From contig OY970202.1 in assembly GCA_963708375.1 (NCBI GenBank), positions 2,065,814 through 2,129,813 of the forward strand: DNA of 64,000 bases. The letters run 5' to 3'. Shown one piece after another: positions 20,296-28,887 of this stretch. Origin of the DNA: an uncultured Solirubrobacterales bacterium (GTDB lineage: Bacteria > Actinomycetota > Thermoleophilia > Solirubrobacterales > Solirubrobacteraceae). Both the position numbers and the translations under genes were made by a program. The notes below the pieces were generated by a model. That model did not search any database and was not told the DNA's origin. It saw only the letters and a list, made by a program, of their open reading frames with translations. The first letter of the stretch is position 1. Every line of letters starts with the position of its first letter.

Positions 20296-20365
20296 GCGAG
20301 GCTGCGCTCCCCAGTGCTCAGCCGGCGGGAAGTCCGCGACGCGGGGGAGTGAGCGGGGGAGTGGC

Positions 20366-21391
20366 TCATGCGCCCATCCCCGCGCCCAACGGTGCGCTCG
20401 TCTCGGTGAGGTCAACGGCGGTGCGCTTGGGTTTGGTCGAGCGCTCCGCCCGCATCACGAGCAGGCGGGCGGCGATGTTGACCAAGAGGGTCAACACGAA
20501 CAGGACGAGGCCCGCCGCGAACAGGGCGGAGCGGTGCAGTTCCTGGGCCTCGCCGAACTCGTTGGCGATCGCCGCCGCCAGGCTGTAGCCCTGGCCAAAC
20601 AGGTGTTTGCCGAGCACAGGGGCGTCGCCGACGAGAATCGTCACGGCGATCGTCTCGCCGATCGCCCGCCCCAGACCGAGCATCGCGGCCCCGGAAATGC
20701 CGCTGCGGCAATAGGGGAGCACCGCTATGCGGATCATCTCCCAGCGCGTGGCGCCCAACCCGAGCGCGGCCTCCTTGTGGTCGGTGGGCACCGTGCTCAT
20801 CACCTCGCGCGAGATCGCGCTGACGATCGGCAGGATCATGATCGCGAGGACCAAGCCGGTGATGAAGTAGTTGGGGATCGTCACGATCCCGCCGCCGATG
20901 AAGGGGATGAAATGGAACGTGTCGGCGACCCACTGCTCGGCCGGCTGCAGCTTGGGCGCCAAGAAGAAAATGCCCCAGAGCCCGTACACGACCGAAGGCA
21001 CCGCGGCGAGCAGCTCGATCAGGATCGTGACCGGGCCCCTGATGCGCAGCGGGCACAGCTCGGTCACATACAGGGCCGTGGCCACCGCGACCGGCACGCC
21101 GATGATCAAGGCCAAGCCGGAGGTGATCAAGGTGCCGACCAGGAGAGGGAGCGCCCCGAACTCGTTGGCGCTCACGTTCCAGTTGTTGTCGAAGGTGAAG
21201 CCGAGCACCCCGAACTTTTCGAACGCGGGGCGAGCTTCGCCGACGAGCTTGACGAAGAAGTAGACGATCAGGAGGAGGATCGAAGCGGCCAAGGCCGTCA
21301 AGATCCAGCGCAAAGCCCGATCGGGGAGGCGGGCAAGCGGGGAGCGTTGCAGTACCGAACGCTTCCCGCCGCCCAGCGATGCTGCCTCCAT
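20366..21391 (-). CDS. pstC: Phosphate ABC transporter permease PstC (copy 1)
   Basis: ELLAAVPSVVYGLWG, EAALGLGATRWE and GRAIGETIAV. Confidence 0.95.
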   Translation of the reverse strand: MEAASLGGGKRSVLQRSPLARLPDRALRWILTALAASILLLIVYFFVKLVGEARPAFEKFGVLGFTFDNNWNVSANEFGALPLLVGTLITSGLALIIGVPVAVATALYVTELCPLRIRGPVTILIELLAAVPSVVYGLWGIFFLAPKLQPAEQWVADTFHFIPFIGGGIVTIPNYFITGLVLAIMILPIVSAISREVMSTVPTDHKEAALGLGATRWEMIRIAVLPYCRSGISGAAMLGLGRAIGETIAVTILVGDAPVLGKHLFGQGYSLAAAIANEFGEAQELHRSALFAAGLVLFVLTLLVNIAARLLVMRAERSTKPKRTAVDLTETSAPLGAGMGA

Positions 21392-21501
21392 GCGTTCAGC
21401 CGCCGACCCTCTGGCCACGCGGGGCGTGACCGGAGGGCTCCATGCTCATCGCGTCGCTCACGATGGCCTGGACTCTATGGGGCCGGCGGCTCGGCTTCAT
21501 C

Positions 21502-22587
21502 TCAGCCTTTGATCGCTGCTCCGTTGCACTGCAATTCGCCCACGGCGGCCTTGGACTTTTCAAGGATCGCGCTGGGCAGCGCCGCGTAGTCGGCCTGGCT
21601 GAGCACGCTCTGGCCTGAGCCGAGACCGTATTCGAGGAACTGGACCACGCCCTTGGCGGCCGATTCGCCGCCGGGGACGCCGGCCTTGCACATGTCCTTG
21701 TAGACCACCACGAACGTCTGCGAGGTGATCGGGTAGGCCGCGGGGGAGGAGGGGTTTTTGATCTTGATGCCCAGGTTGGCGGGCACTTCGACCCCTTCGG
21801 CGGCCGCGCTGGTGGATTCAAGCGTCGGTTCGACGTACTTGCCGGACTTGTTCTTGACCGCGGCCGTCGTGAATTTGTGCTGTAGGGCATAGGCCTGCTC
21901 GACGTATCCGACGGCGCCCGTGGTCTGCTGGACCGCGCCGGCCACGCCCGCGTTGCCCTTGGCGCCCGTACCCGTCGGCCACTGCACGTCCTTGCCTTCG
22001 CCGACCTTGCTCTTCCATTCGGGGCTGACGGCGGTCAAGAAGCCGGTGAAGCCGGCGGTGGTGCCCGAGGAGTCCGAGCGGTGGATCACGGTGATCGCCG
22101 TGCTCGGCAGGGACACGCCCGGGTTGAGCGCCTTGATCTTGGCGTCGTTCCAGGTCTTGATCTTGCCGAGGAAGATTTCGGCGATCGTTTCGCCGTCCAG
22201 CTTGAGGCCGCTCTGGACACCAGGCAGGTTGTAGGAGACGGTGATCGCGCCCAAGAACATCGGGATCTGCTGCACCGGACCGACCTTTTCAAGCGCTTCG
22301 AAGTCGGCCGGCTTCAAGGGCGGGTCACTGGCGCCAAAGTCGACGGTCTTGCCCTCCAGGGCGGTGATGCCGGCACCCGAGCCGACCGGGTTGTAGTTGA
22401 CGGTCAGGCCCGAGATGCCCGAGCCCCACTGCTGGTAGACCGGGGCGGCGAACGTGGAGCCGGCGCCGGAGATGGTCGCAGATGTCGAACTGGTGCTGCC
22501 CGTCGTGGAGCTTGATTTGCCACACGCGCCGACGGTCAGCGCGAGCAGCGCGCAACTCGCTAGCGCGCCGATCTTGTTCTTGTTCAC
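21502..22587 (-). CDS. pstS: Phosphate-binding lipoprotein PstS (copy 1, canonical type)
   Basis: Lipobox VGAC; GAGSTF, GSGAG, DFGASD, HRSDSSGTT and AYPI; SD AGAGGAG. Confidence 0.96.
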   Translation of the reverse strand: MNKNKIGALASCALLALTVGACGKSSSTTGSTSSTSATISGAGSTFAAPVYQQWGSGISGLTVNYNPVGSGAGITALEGKTVDFGASDPPLKPADFEALEKVGPVQQIPMFLGAITVSYNLPGVQSGLKLDGETIAEIFLGKIKTWNDAKIKALNPGVSLPSTAITVIHRSDSSGTTAGFTGFLTAVSPEWKSKVGEGKDVQWPTGTGAKGNAGVAGAVQQTTGAVGYVEQAYALQHKFTTAAVKNKSGKYVEPTLESTSAAAEGVEVPANLGIKIKNPSSPAAYPITSQTFVVVYKDMCKAGVPGGESAAKGVVQFLEYGLGSGQSVLSQADYAALPSAILEKSKAAVGELQCNGAAIKG

Positions 22588-22664
22588 AACTTCTCCTCTG
22601 ACTGGGTTTTTAGCGGCGAGCAGGGCTGAGGCCCCGGCGCCGGCTCAGTGCAGGGCCAGTCTCA

Positions 22665-23048
22665 TCAATCCAAGTGGTGCCCGTTGTGAACATCTCGTGA
22701 AAGCCCCGCGGCCACTCCGAGTGGCTGCGGCTGGAAGCGATAGCCGAATCCGGGGTGGGTGTGGATGAAGCGCCGGTCGGGCATCGCCTCCTCCAGCTTG
22801 CCCCGCAGCTTGCTCACGTAGACGTCAACCGAGCGGTCGCCGTGGCGCAATTCGCCCCCCCACACGGCCCCATAGAGCTCCTCGCGAGTAACTATCGCCC
22901 CGGCCCGGCGGGCCAAGGCGACGAGCAGCTCGAACTCTCGCACCGACAGCGTCAAGGCCCGTCCCGTGGCCAGCACCAAACCCTCGCCGAGCCTAATCTC
23001 GAGCTCACCGGCATACAGGATGCTGTCGCTGTCTTGGTGCACGGCCAC
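22665..23048 (-). CDS. Stand-alone OmpR/PhoB-type winged-helix DNA-binding protein (no receiver domain)
   Basis: LSVREFELL, GDRSVDVYVSKLRGKLE and HPGFGYRF. Start uncertain (GTG 23048/23042 or TTG 23090). Confidence 0.85.
   Translation of the reverse strand: MAVHQDSDSILYAGELEIRLGEGLVLATGRALTLSVREFELLVALARRAGAIVTREELYGAVWGGELRHGDRSVDVYVSKLRGKLEEAMPDRRFIHTHPGFGYRFQPQPLGVAAGLSRDVHNGHHLD
22686..22701 (-). promoter_or_regulatory. PHO box upstream of pstS1
   Basis: The minus strand reads TTCACgagatgTTCAC (11-bp period), about 100 bp upstream of pstS and inside the 3' end of the wHTH gene. Confidence 0.75.
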
Positions 23049-23075
23049 CGTCCCATAGGGTGCTGGGAGCGGCGT

Positions 23076-23121
23076 GTGAAGGAGTTGCAAACTCGTGATC
23101 TAGTCGTGAAGAACTCGTGAA
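23076..23121 (-). promoter_or_regulatory. PHO-box array between the wHTH gene and DUF47 (divergent)
   Basis: GTGAT/GTGAA/GTGAA at 23095, 23106 and 23117 (11-bp period), plus GTGAA at 23076. Confidence 0.7.
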
Positions 23122-23162
23122 GGCACACGACACGGCCGGCGTCGTCCACATACCCTGCCCGG

Positions 23163-23810
23163 ATGGCTTTTTTGCGCCCCAAGCCCGACCCTGTCCTGGT
23201 CACGCTCGTGGAAAGCGCCGGCAGCAACATCTTGCGCTCGGGTTTGCTTTTGCGCGAACTGCTCTCCGAGCTGCCCGAGCGCTCCGGCTTGGCTGACGAG
23301 CTGAAGGCCTTCGAGCAGGAGGGCGACCGCATCACCCACGACATCATCCATCGGCTCTCGGGTTCCCGCCCACCGGGCCGGCGCCTGCGCGTGCCCTTCG
23401 ACGCGGGCGACGGCTACGCCTTGGCGACGGCCTTGGACGACGTGCTCGACCACACCGAGCAGACCGCGGCCTTGCTCTACCTGTATGGGGTCGAGGCGCC
23501 GATGGAGCAGGCGGTGGAGATGGCCGATGTCTTGGTCGGCGCCGACGAGCAGATCGTCAAGGCGTTGGAGCGCCTCGGGGCCGGTGCCGAGCCGGGCCCG
23601 TGCCTGGTCGAGATCCATCGCTTGGAGAACGAGGGCGATCGGCTGTTGCGCGACGGGGTTGCGTCCCTGTTCGAGGGCGGCGCGGCCGACCCGATGGTCG
23701 TGATCCGCTGGAAGGACATCTTCGAGTCGCTCGAGGCCGCCGTGGACGCGTGTGAGACGGTGGCCCACGTGATCGAGGGGATCATGCTCAAACGGGGCAA
23801 ACGCTCCTGA
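23163..23810 (+). CDS. DUF47 family PhoU-like phosphate transport regulator
   Basis: EQEGDRITHDI, LDDVLD, LENEGDR and IFESLEAAVDACE; TACCCT-N6-ATG. Confidence 0.88.
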   Translation: MAFLRPKPDPVLVTLVESAGSNILRSGLLLRELLSELPERSGLADELKAFEQEGDRITHDIIHRLSGSRPPGRRLRVPFDAGDGYALATALDDVLDHTEQTAALLYLYGVEAPMEQAVEMADVLVGADEQIVKALERLGAGAEPGPCLVEIHRLENEGDRLLRDGVASLFEGGAADPMVVIRWKDIFESLEAAVDACETVAHVIEGIMLKRGKRS

Positions 23811-23817
23811 GTCTCCG

Positions 23818-23845
23818 TCCGCGGGCGATTTATCGTCGGCGCGGA
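23818..23845. terminator. Possible hairpin between convergent genes
   Basis: TCCGCG-GGCGAT...ATCGTC-gg-CGCGGA imperfect inverted repeat. Confidence 0.35.
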
Positions 23846-23853
23846 AGGCGTCC

Positions 23854-24645
23854 TCAGAACGTCGTAGCCGGGGCGCTCACTTCGATCTGTGCGCCTCTTG
23901 GGTTGCCCACGAAATAGATTTGGAAGGGAACCTTCACGCCCTGGGCGACTTCGGGCAGAACCGCACGTCCCGCCGCCACCGTCCTCCCGCCGCGTCGTGC
24001 CACCGCGTAGACCACCAGGTTTGCTTGGAGCACCGCGGAGCGGTTGACCACGCTGCCTGACTCGCTTGCTTCGGCGCCCCCAGTGCTCGCCCGGGCTTCG
24101 GTCACTTCGATCTTGGGGATGCTCCCAGCGGTCTTGCCTTCGCCCACCAGCGCGCTCGCGCTCGCCGGCGTGCCCGCCGCCTGGACCTGGTCGTCGACCC
24201 ACACCACCGTCTTGCCGGGCTCCAGCAGCGGCAGCTCGGTCAGCGAGGATTGCAGGCCCGGCGCGTTGTTCTGGTAGAGTACATTCCCTTTCGCGCCGCT
24301 CACCCTCAACTCGATCGGCGCGCCGGCGAGCGTGTGCGTCGAGGTGTTGCGCACGCTCACCGCCACGGCCGTGCCTTCGCTCGAGTGCACCACAGCGCTG
24401 CTCAGGACCTTCACGTTCGGGTTCTCCTTGGCGACCGTCACGCCGTGCTTGGCGAGCGTGGTGTGCTTGGCCTGGCGTTCCAGCGCCGCGCTCTTTTCCT
24501 GAGTGCTCTCACAGCCGCAGACCGTCAGCGCCGCGAGTCCCGCGAGCAGCGCCGCCGCAGCAGACCCGTACGACCCTCTCCTCCCCCAAAAAGACACCCT
24601 CGATCCGCCGCGGGCGCCGAACCCTTCGCGATTGGCCCGCTTCAT
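23854..24645 (-). CDS. Lipoprotein with two Ig-like (FxLYD-like) beta domains; last gene of pst operon 2
   Basis: Hydrophobic stretch plus VCGC lipobox; two similar beta-rich units (VSVRNTS... and GSVVNRS...). Confidence 0.7.
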   Translation of the reverse strand: MKRANREGFGARGGSRVSFWGRRGSYGSAAAALLAGLAALTVCGCESTQEKSAALERQAKHTTLAKHGVTVAKENPNVKVLSSAVVHSSEGTAVAVSVRNTSTHTLAGAPIELRVSGAKGNVLYQNNAPGLQSSLTELPLLEPGKTVVWVDDQVQAAGTPASASALVGEGKTAGSIPKIEVTEARASTGGAEASESGSVVNRSAVLQANLVVYAVARRGGRTVAAGRAVLPEVAQGVKVPFQIYFVGNPRGAQIEVSAPATTF

Positions 24646-24667
24646 CGCCGGGCACGCCCCTGCTCGC

Positions 24668-25582
24668 TCACCCGAACGCCCCGCTCACATACTGCTTGGT
24701 GCGCTCCTGGCGCGGGTCGTCGAACACCTGGCGGCTGGTCCCGTACTCGACCAGCTCGCCCAGGTGCATGAAGGCGACGTGGTCGGCCACCCTCATCGCC
24801 TGCTGCAGATTGTGGGTCACGATCACGATCGCCACGCTCTCGCGCAACCCCACGATCAAATCCTCGATCGTCGCCGTGGAGATCGGGTCGAGCGCCGAGC
24901 ACGGCTCGTCGAGCAGCAGCACCTCCGGCTTCACCGCAAGCGCGCGGGCGATGCACAGCCGCTGCTGTTGGCCTCCCGAGAGTCGCAGCGCCGAGCGCCT
25001 CAGGTCCGCTGCCACCTCCTCATAAAGCCCGGCCCTGCGCAACGCGTCGCGCACCGCATGGTCGATCTCCTCGGTGTGGCGCCTGCGCCTGCGTCCCGGA
25101 CGCTCGGCCAGCGCGTAGGCCACGTTGTCGAAGATGCTCATCGGGAACGGGTTCGGCTGCTGGAAGACCATCGACACGCGCCTACGCAGCTCGTTGACCT
25201 CCAGCTCGTGGATGTCCACCCCGTCGAGGCTTATCTGCCCGGCTTTCGCCGCGCCCGCAGTGATCTCGGTCAGTCGGTTCAGCGAGCGCAGCAGCGTCGT
25301 CTTGCCCGATCCCGACGCCCCGATCAGGGCCAGCACCTCGCCTCGCCTCACCGGCAAGCTCACGTCCCTGACCACCCAATTCTCGCCATAGGCCAGCCAC
25401 ACCGACTCGACCTTCATCCGTTCCAGCACCTCCGCGCTCGCTTGGCGGGGTGGCAGCGCCGTGGTCTGGGGCGTCGTTGCGAGGACGTCGGCGACCAGCG
25501 CCGAGCCACCGTTGGTGTGGGCGTCGGGGCCGAGCACGCGCGGTTCTCGGTCGAGCGCGATCCGCTTGATCGGTGGGGGCAT
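24668..25582 (-). CDS. pstB: PstB (copy 2)
   Basis: [32 protein letters not shown] and YVSGAFG; start at ATG 25582. Confidence 0.93.
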   Translation of the reverse strand: MPPPIKRIALDREPRVLGPDAHTNGGSALVADVLATTPQTTALPPRQASAEVLERMKVESVWLAYGENWVVRDVSLPVRRGEVLALIGASGSGKTTLLRSLNRLTEITAGAAKAGQISLDGVDIHELEVNELRRRVSMVFQQPNPFPMSIFDNVAYALAERPGRRRRRHTEEIDHAVRDALRRAGLYEEVAADLRRSALRLSGGQQQRLCIARALAVKPEVLLLDEPCSALDPISTATIEDLIVGLRESVAIVIVTHNLQQAMRVADHVAFMHLGELVEYGTSRQVFDDPRQERTKQYVSGAFG

Positions 25583-25590
25583 CAGGGGGT

Positions 25591-26727
25591 CTATTTGGGG
25601 CCTCTGGTGTCGGTTGTGCTGGACGGGGGGGTTGGGGGTGTGTTGGACGCGGAAGGGGTGCCCGCGCGCGCGTGTGTGTGCGTGTGTGTGCGCCCGCGCG
25701 CGCGTACGCGAGTGCGTGTGCGGGCGAAGAGGGGGCCCCCCGAGCTGATGCGGGTCACGGTCGCGTTCAGCCCGAGCACGATCGCCAGCAGCACGAACGC
25801 CGCCGCGTAGGCCTTTTGGTGGGAGTTGCCCTCGCCCGCGGGGGACTGGTAGAAGACGTAGCTGGTCAACGTCGAGCCGGTGCCCCTCAACGTGGAGAGG
25901 ATCGGCGGCCCGCCCGCGGGTTCGGTGTTGGTGCCGCCCCCCAACAGGATCGTGATGATCGCCGTGTCGCCGATGATCCGGCCCATGCCCAAGACGACCC
26001 CGGTTGCGATCGCCGGGCGCACCGAGGGCAGCAGCACGTGCCTGATCGTCGTCGCCTTCGTCTTGCCGAGCGCCTGGGAGGCCTCCCGCATACGGTCGGG
26101 CAGCAAAGCCAGCGCCTCGTATTTGGCCGCCACGATCAAGGGCAGCGCGAGCACCCCCATCGTGATCCCCGCCGTCAAGAACGAGGTTCCCGTGACCGCC
26201 CCGTTTTCGGCGTGCTGGCTGAGAAAGCCCAAGAAGCTTTGCGAGAACACGAGCAGGCCGAACAGGGCCAACACCACGCTGGGCACCCCCGCCAACATCT
26301 CCAAGGTCAACTCCACCGTGCGTGCCAGCCAGGCCGGCCTGCGGTACTCCGAAAGCCAAACCGCGATCCCGATCCCGGCCGGCGCCGCCAGCACGATGCC
26401 GATCGCCGTGATGATCAAGGTCCCCACGATCGGGTCTGAGAAGCCGCCACTCTGTTTCTGTAGCAGCGAAGGTTTGGGCGAGTCCACGAGCAGCGAGGGG
26501 CGCAGGTAGGCGAGCCCCTTCACCAGCATGTAGCCCACGATCGCCGCCGCGATCAAGCACAACCCGATGCCGCTGGCCCAGCAGAGCCAGTAGCAGACGC
26601 GATCGATCAGCGGCCAGGTCTTCGTGCTCTCTTTGGCCGCCCGCAAGATCGGCGTACTCGGGCGCATCGCGCGCGGCCCACTCGCCGCGATCGCCACCGA
26701 GGAATCGACCGTCGCTCCCGCCATCAC
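25591..26727 (-). CDS. pstA: PstA (copy 2) with low-complexity C-terminal tail
   Basis: GVPSVVLALFG, MREASQALG and GRIIGDTA. Confidence 0.9.
   Translation of the reverse strand: MMAGATVDSSVAIAASGPRAMRPSTPILRAAKESTKTWPLIDRVCYWLCWASGIGLCLIAAAIVGYMLVKGLAYLRPSLLVDSPKPSLLQKQSGGFSDPIVGTLIITAIGIVLAAPAGIGIAVWLSEYRRPAWLARTVELTLEMLAGVPSVVLALFGLLVFSQSFLGFLSQHAENGAVTGTSFLTAGITMGVLALPLIVAAKYEALALLPDRMREASQALGKTKATTIRHVLLPSVRPAIATGVVLGMGRIIGDTAIITILLGGGTNTEPAGGPPILSTLRGTGSTLTSYVFYQSPAGEGNSHQKAYAAAFVLLAIVLGLNATVTRISSGGPLFARTRTRVRARGRTHTHTHARAGTPSASNTPPTPPSSTTDTRGPK
25663..25722. repeat. Alternating purine-pyrimidine (CG/TG)n tract
   Basis: CGCGCGCGCGTGTGTGTGCGTGTGTGTGCGC (25663-25693) and CGCGCGCGCGTACGCG (25695-25710). 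Confidence 0.85.
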
Positions 26728-26776
26728 GACCCCACCCGCCGGGCCCGCGCCGCCGTTGCCACGCGGATGCCCGCCA

Positions 26777-27781
26777 TCAGGCCCGCACCCCGTAGCGCTT
26801 CATCGACTGCTTGGCCGCCCACCCGGCCAAGGACAGGAAAGTCGCCGAGACGAGCAACACCGCCCCGATCGCATACAGCGTGTGCGAGAGCGGTCCGATG
26901 TTCAGCCCGCCCGATTCCTGGAAGATGGTCGCCGCCAAGGGCCTCACCGGCTCGAACAAGAAGGTGATCCCGTCCAACGGGTTGGCCGCGAACGGCCTGC
27001 TGCCCGAGACCAGGTCCAACATCACCGCCTCGCCCAAAGCGCGCGCGGTCGCCAAGATCGTGGCCGCCGCGATCGCCGGGCGCGCGGTGCGCAGCGACAC
27101 CCTCCAGATCGTCCGCCACCGGTTGACCCCCAGCGCGGCCGACCCCTCCTTCCAAGCGGGGGGGACGGACGCGATTGCGTCGGTGCTGATCGCCACCATG
27201 ATCGGCAGGATCATGATCGCCAAGATGATCGTCCCCATTGTCAAATTGTTGCCGTTGAGTTGGACCACTTGGATCACCGACTGCTTGCGCCCGTTGGAGA
27301 TCAGGTGTTCGTTGATCCAAGGCGCCAGCGCCAAGATGCCGATCAGCCCGTAGATGATCGAGGGCACCCCCGCCAGCAGCCTGATCACCGGTTCCAGTGT
27401 TCTGCGTACCGGCGCCGGAGCGAACTCGCACACGAAGATCGAGGCGAGCGTCGAGATCGTCAGCGCGATGATCACCGCCGGGATGGTCGTGATCAAGGTC
27501 CCCCAGATCAGCGGCCAAGCTTTGAAGTAATAGATCGAGTGCCCCGGCAAGGGCGTGTTTTCGCGCATCGCTTTCAGCTGCGCTTCGACTTCACCGCCGC
27601 TTCCGAACCAGGCCAGCCCGTTGTGTGAGAACGAAGGCCAAGCCTTCACGATCACCGTGACCACCATCGCGGCGATCAGCGCCAGCACCACGAAAGCAAG
27701 CGCGCCGAGCATCCGCTCGGCGCGCCTGTCGGTCCTCACGGCCGCTGAAAGGCGCGGCCCCTCTGCGGACGTCGACTTCAC
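26777..27781 (-). CDS. pstC: PstC (copy 2)
   Basis: LLAGVPSIIYGLIG, KEGSAALG and ARALGEA. Confidence 0.9.
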   Translation of the reverse strand: MKSTSAEGPRLSAAVRTDRRAERMLGALAFVVLALIAAMVVTVIVKAWPSFSHNGLAWFGSGGEVEAQLKAMRENTPLPGHSIYYFKAWPLIWGTLITTIPAVIIALTISTLASIFVCEFAPAPVRRTLEPVIRLLAGVPSIIYGLIGILALAPWINEHLISNGRKQSVIQVVQLNGNNLTMGTIILAIMILPIMVAISTDAIASVPPAWKEGSAALGVNRWRTIWRVSLRTARPAIAAATILATARALGEAVMLDLVSGSRPFAANPLDGITFLFEPVRPLAATIFQESGGLNIGPLSHTLYAIGAVLLVSATFLSLAGWAAKQSMKRYGVRA

Positions 27782-27787
27782 CTGTGA

Positions 27788-28600
27788 CTAGTGGACCGCG
27801 ATCCAGCTGGAGTTGATGATGCTCTTGGTGATCGCGTTGCCACTGGTCACCCACTTGATGTACTTCGCGACTTGGCCCTTCGGTTCGCCTTTGGTGACCA
27901 TCCAAAAGTTACGCACGCCCGTGTATTGGCCCGAGCGGGCATTGCGCAAGTTGCAGGCCACGCCCTGATAGCCGACCGCGTTTACACCCGAGGTGTAGGC
28001 AAACGACACGAAACCGATTCCTTGCTTGTCGGCGCTGACCGCGTTCTGCTCCAGGCCGTTGGATGTCTTGGCCGTGGCGCTCGGGGAGATCTTCAAGTAT
28101 TCGCCCAAGAAAATGTGCTGGAAAGCGTCCTGGGTACCGGAGGCGCCGTCACGGTCGAACAGGTCGATCGGGCCGGTGATTTTCGCGCCCTGCACTTCGC
28201 TCCAGTCGCGGATGCGTCCGGTGAAGATGCCTTCTACGCTTTCTTGGGTCAAGTTGGTGACCGGGTTGGCTTTGTTGGTGATGATGCAGACCCCGTCTCT
28301 GGCGATCTTGGTGAACACGAGCCCTTTCGGGTCCACGCCCACGATCGGGTCGCGCGAGGAGTCGCCGATGTCGAAGCGGCCCGTCGACGCGCCGTTGATG
28401 CCGATGTCGCTCTCGCCTCCCAGAACCGACGGCGCCGGGATCTTGGGGAACGCTTTGTGGTAGGCGGCCGCCAGCTTCTGGGCGAGCGGCAGGACCGACG
28501 TGGAGCCGCCCTCGATGATCCTCTTGGCGGCCAGCGCGCTTGCCGGCATGGCGAGCGCCAATATCAGTGTTGAGACGATCAAGGCGCGTTTCGCGCGCAT
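27788..28600 (-). CDS. pstS: Phosphate-binding protein PstS (copy 2, short type, no lipobox)
   Basis: GGSTSVLPL, DIGDSSR, IARDG, RDGASGT and IGFVS; Sec-type signal ending ALA. Confidence 0.88.
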   Translation of the reverse strand: MRAKRALIVSTLILALAMPASALAAKRIIEGGSTSVLPLAQKLAAAYHKAFPKIPAPSVLGGESDIGINGASTGRFDIGDSSRDPIVGVDPKGLVFTKIARDGVCIITNKANPVTNLTQESVEGIFTGRIRDWSEVQGAKITGPIDLFDRDGASGTQDAFQHIFLGEYLKISPSATAKTSNGLEQNAVSADKQGIGFVSFAYTSGVNAVGYQGVACNLRNARSGQYTGVRNFWMVTKGEPKGQVAKYIKWVTSGNAITKSIINSSWIAVH

Positions 28601-28748
28601 GGTTATCTGCTCCTTTTGCTCTGAGGGTTTACGGGGTTGCGGTGAACGCGAACACGGCTCGAGCCCGATTCGATGCGGTGTTCCGCCTGAATCGCGATCC
28701 CATTACGCCCCAGCGTGCAGCGTGCCGCCCACGGGGCGCCCCGATGTT

Positions 28749-28869
28749 TCGTTTTTGTGAACGCCAAAGACCTCTTAATGTGAAAATTTTGTGAAGCGGA
28801 CGGCTTTGAAGCGACGGGCATGTGTCGTTTTTGTGAACGACGATTGCTTTTGCCGGGTCGAGGTGTGAA
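28749..28869 (-). promoter_or_regulatory. PHO-box-like cluster in the AT-rich divergent promoter between pstS2 and the ftsH paralog
   Basis: GTGAA at 28757, 28780, 28791, 28833 and 28865 (28780/28791 are 11 bp apart); TCGTTTTTGTGAACG occurs twice (28749 and 28825). Confidence 0.65.
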
Positions 28870-28887
28870 GCTGGCGGCCGCCTCGCC

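Noticed and set aside
24668-26560. 630-aa PstB fusion from the ORF track (likewise the long N-extensions at 33370, 45654, 6369, 53324, 13600)
   Set aside because: The extensions overlap upstream genes or promoters and are typical high-GC open-frame artefacts. Better starts with SD, coupling or -10 signals exist.
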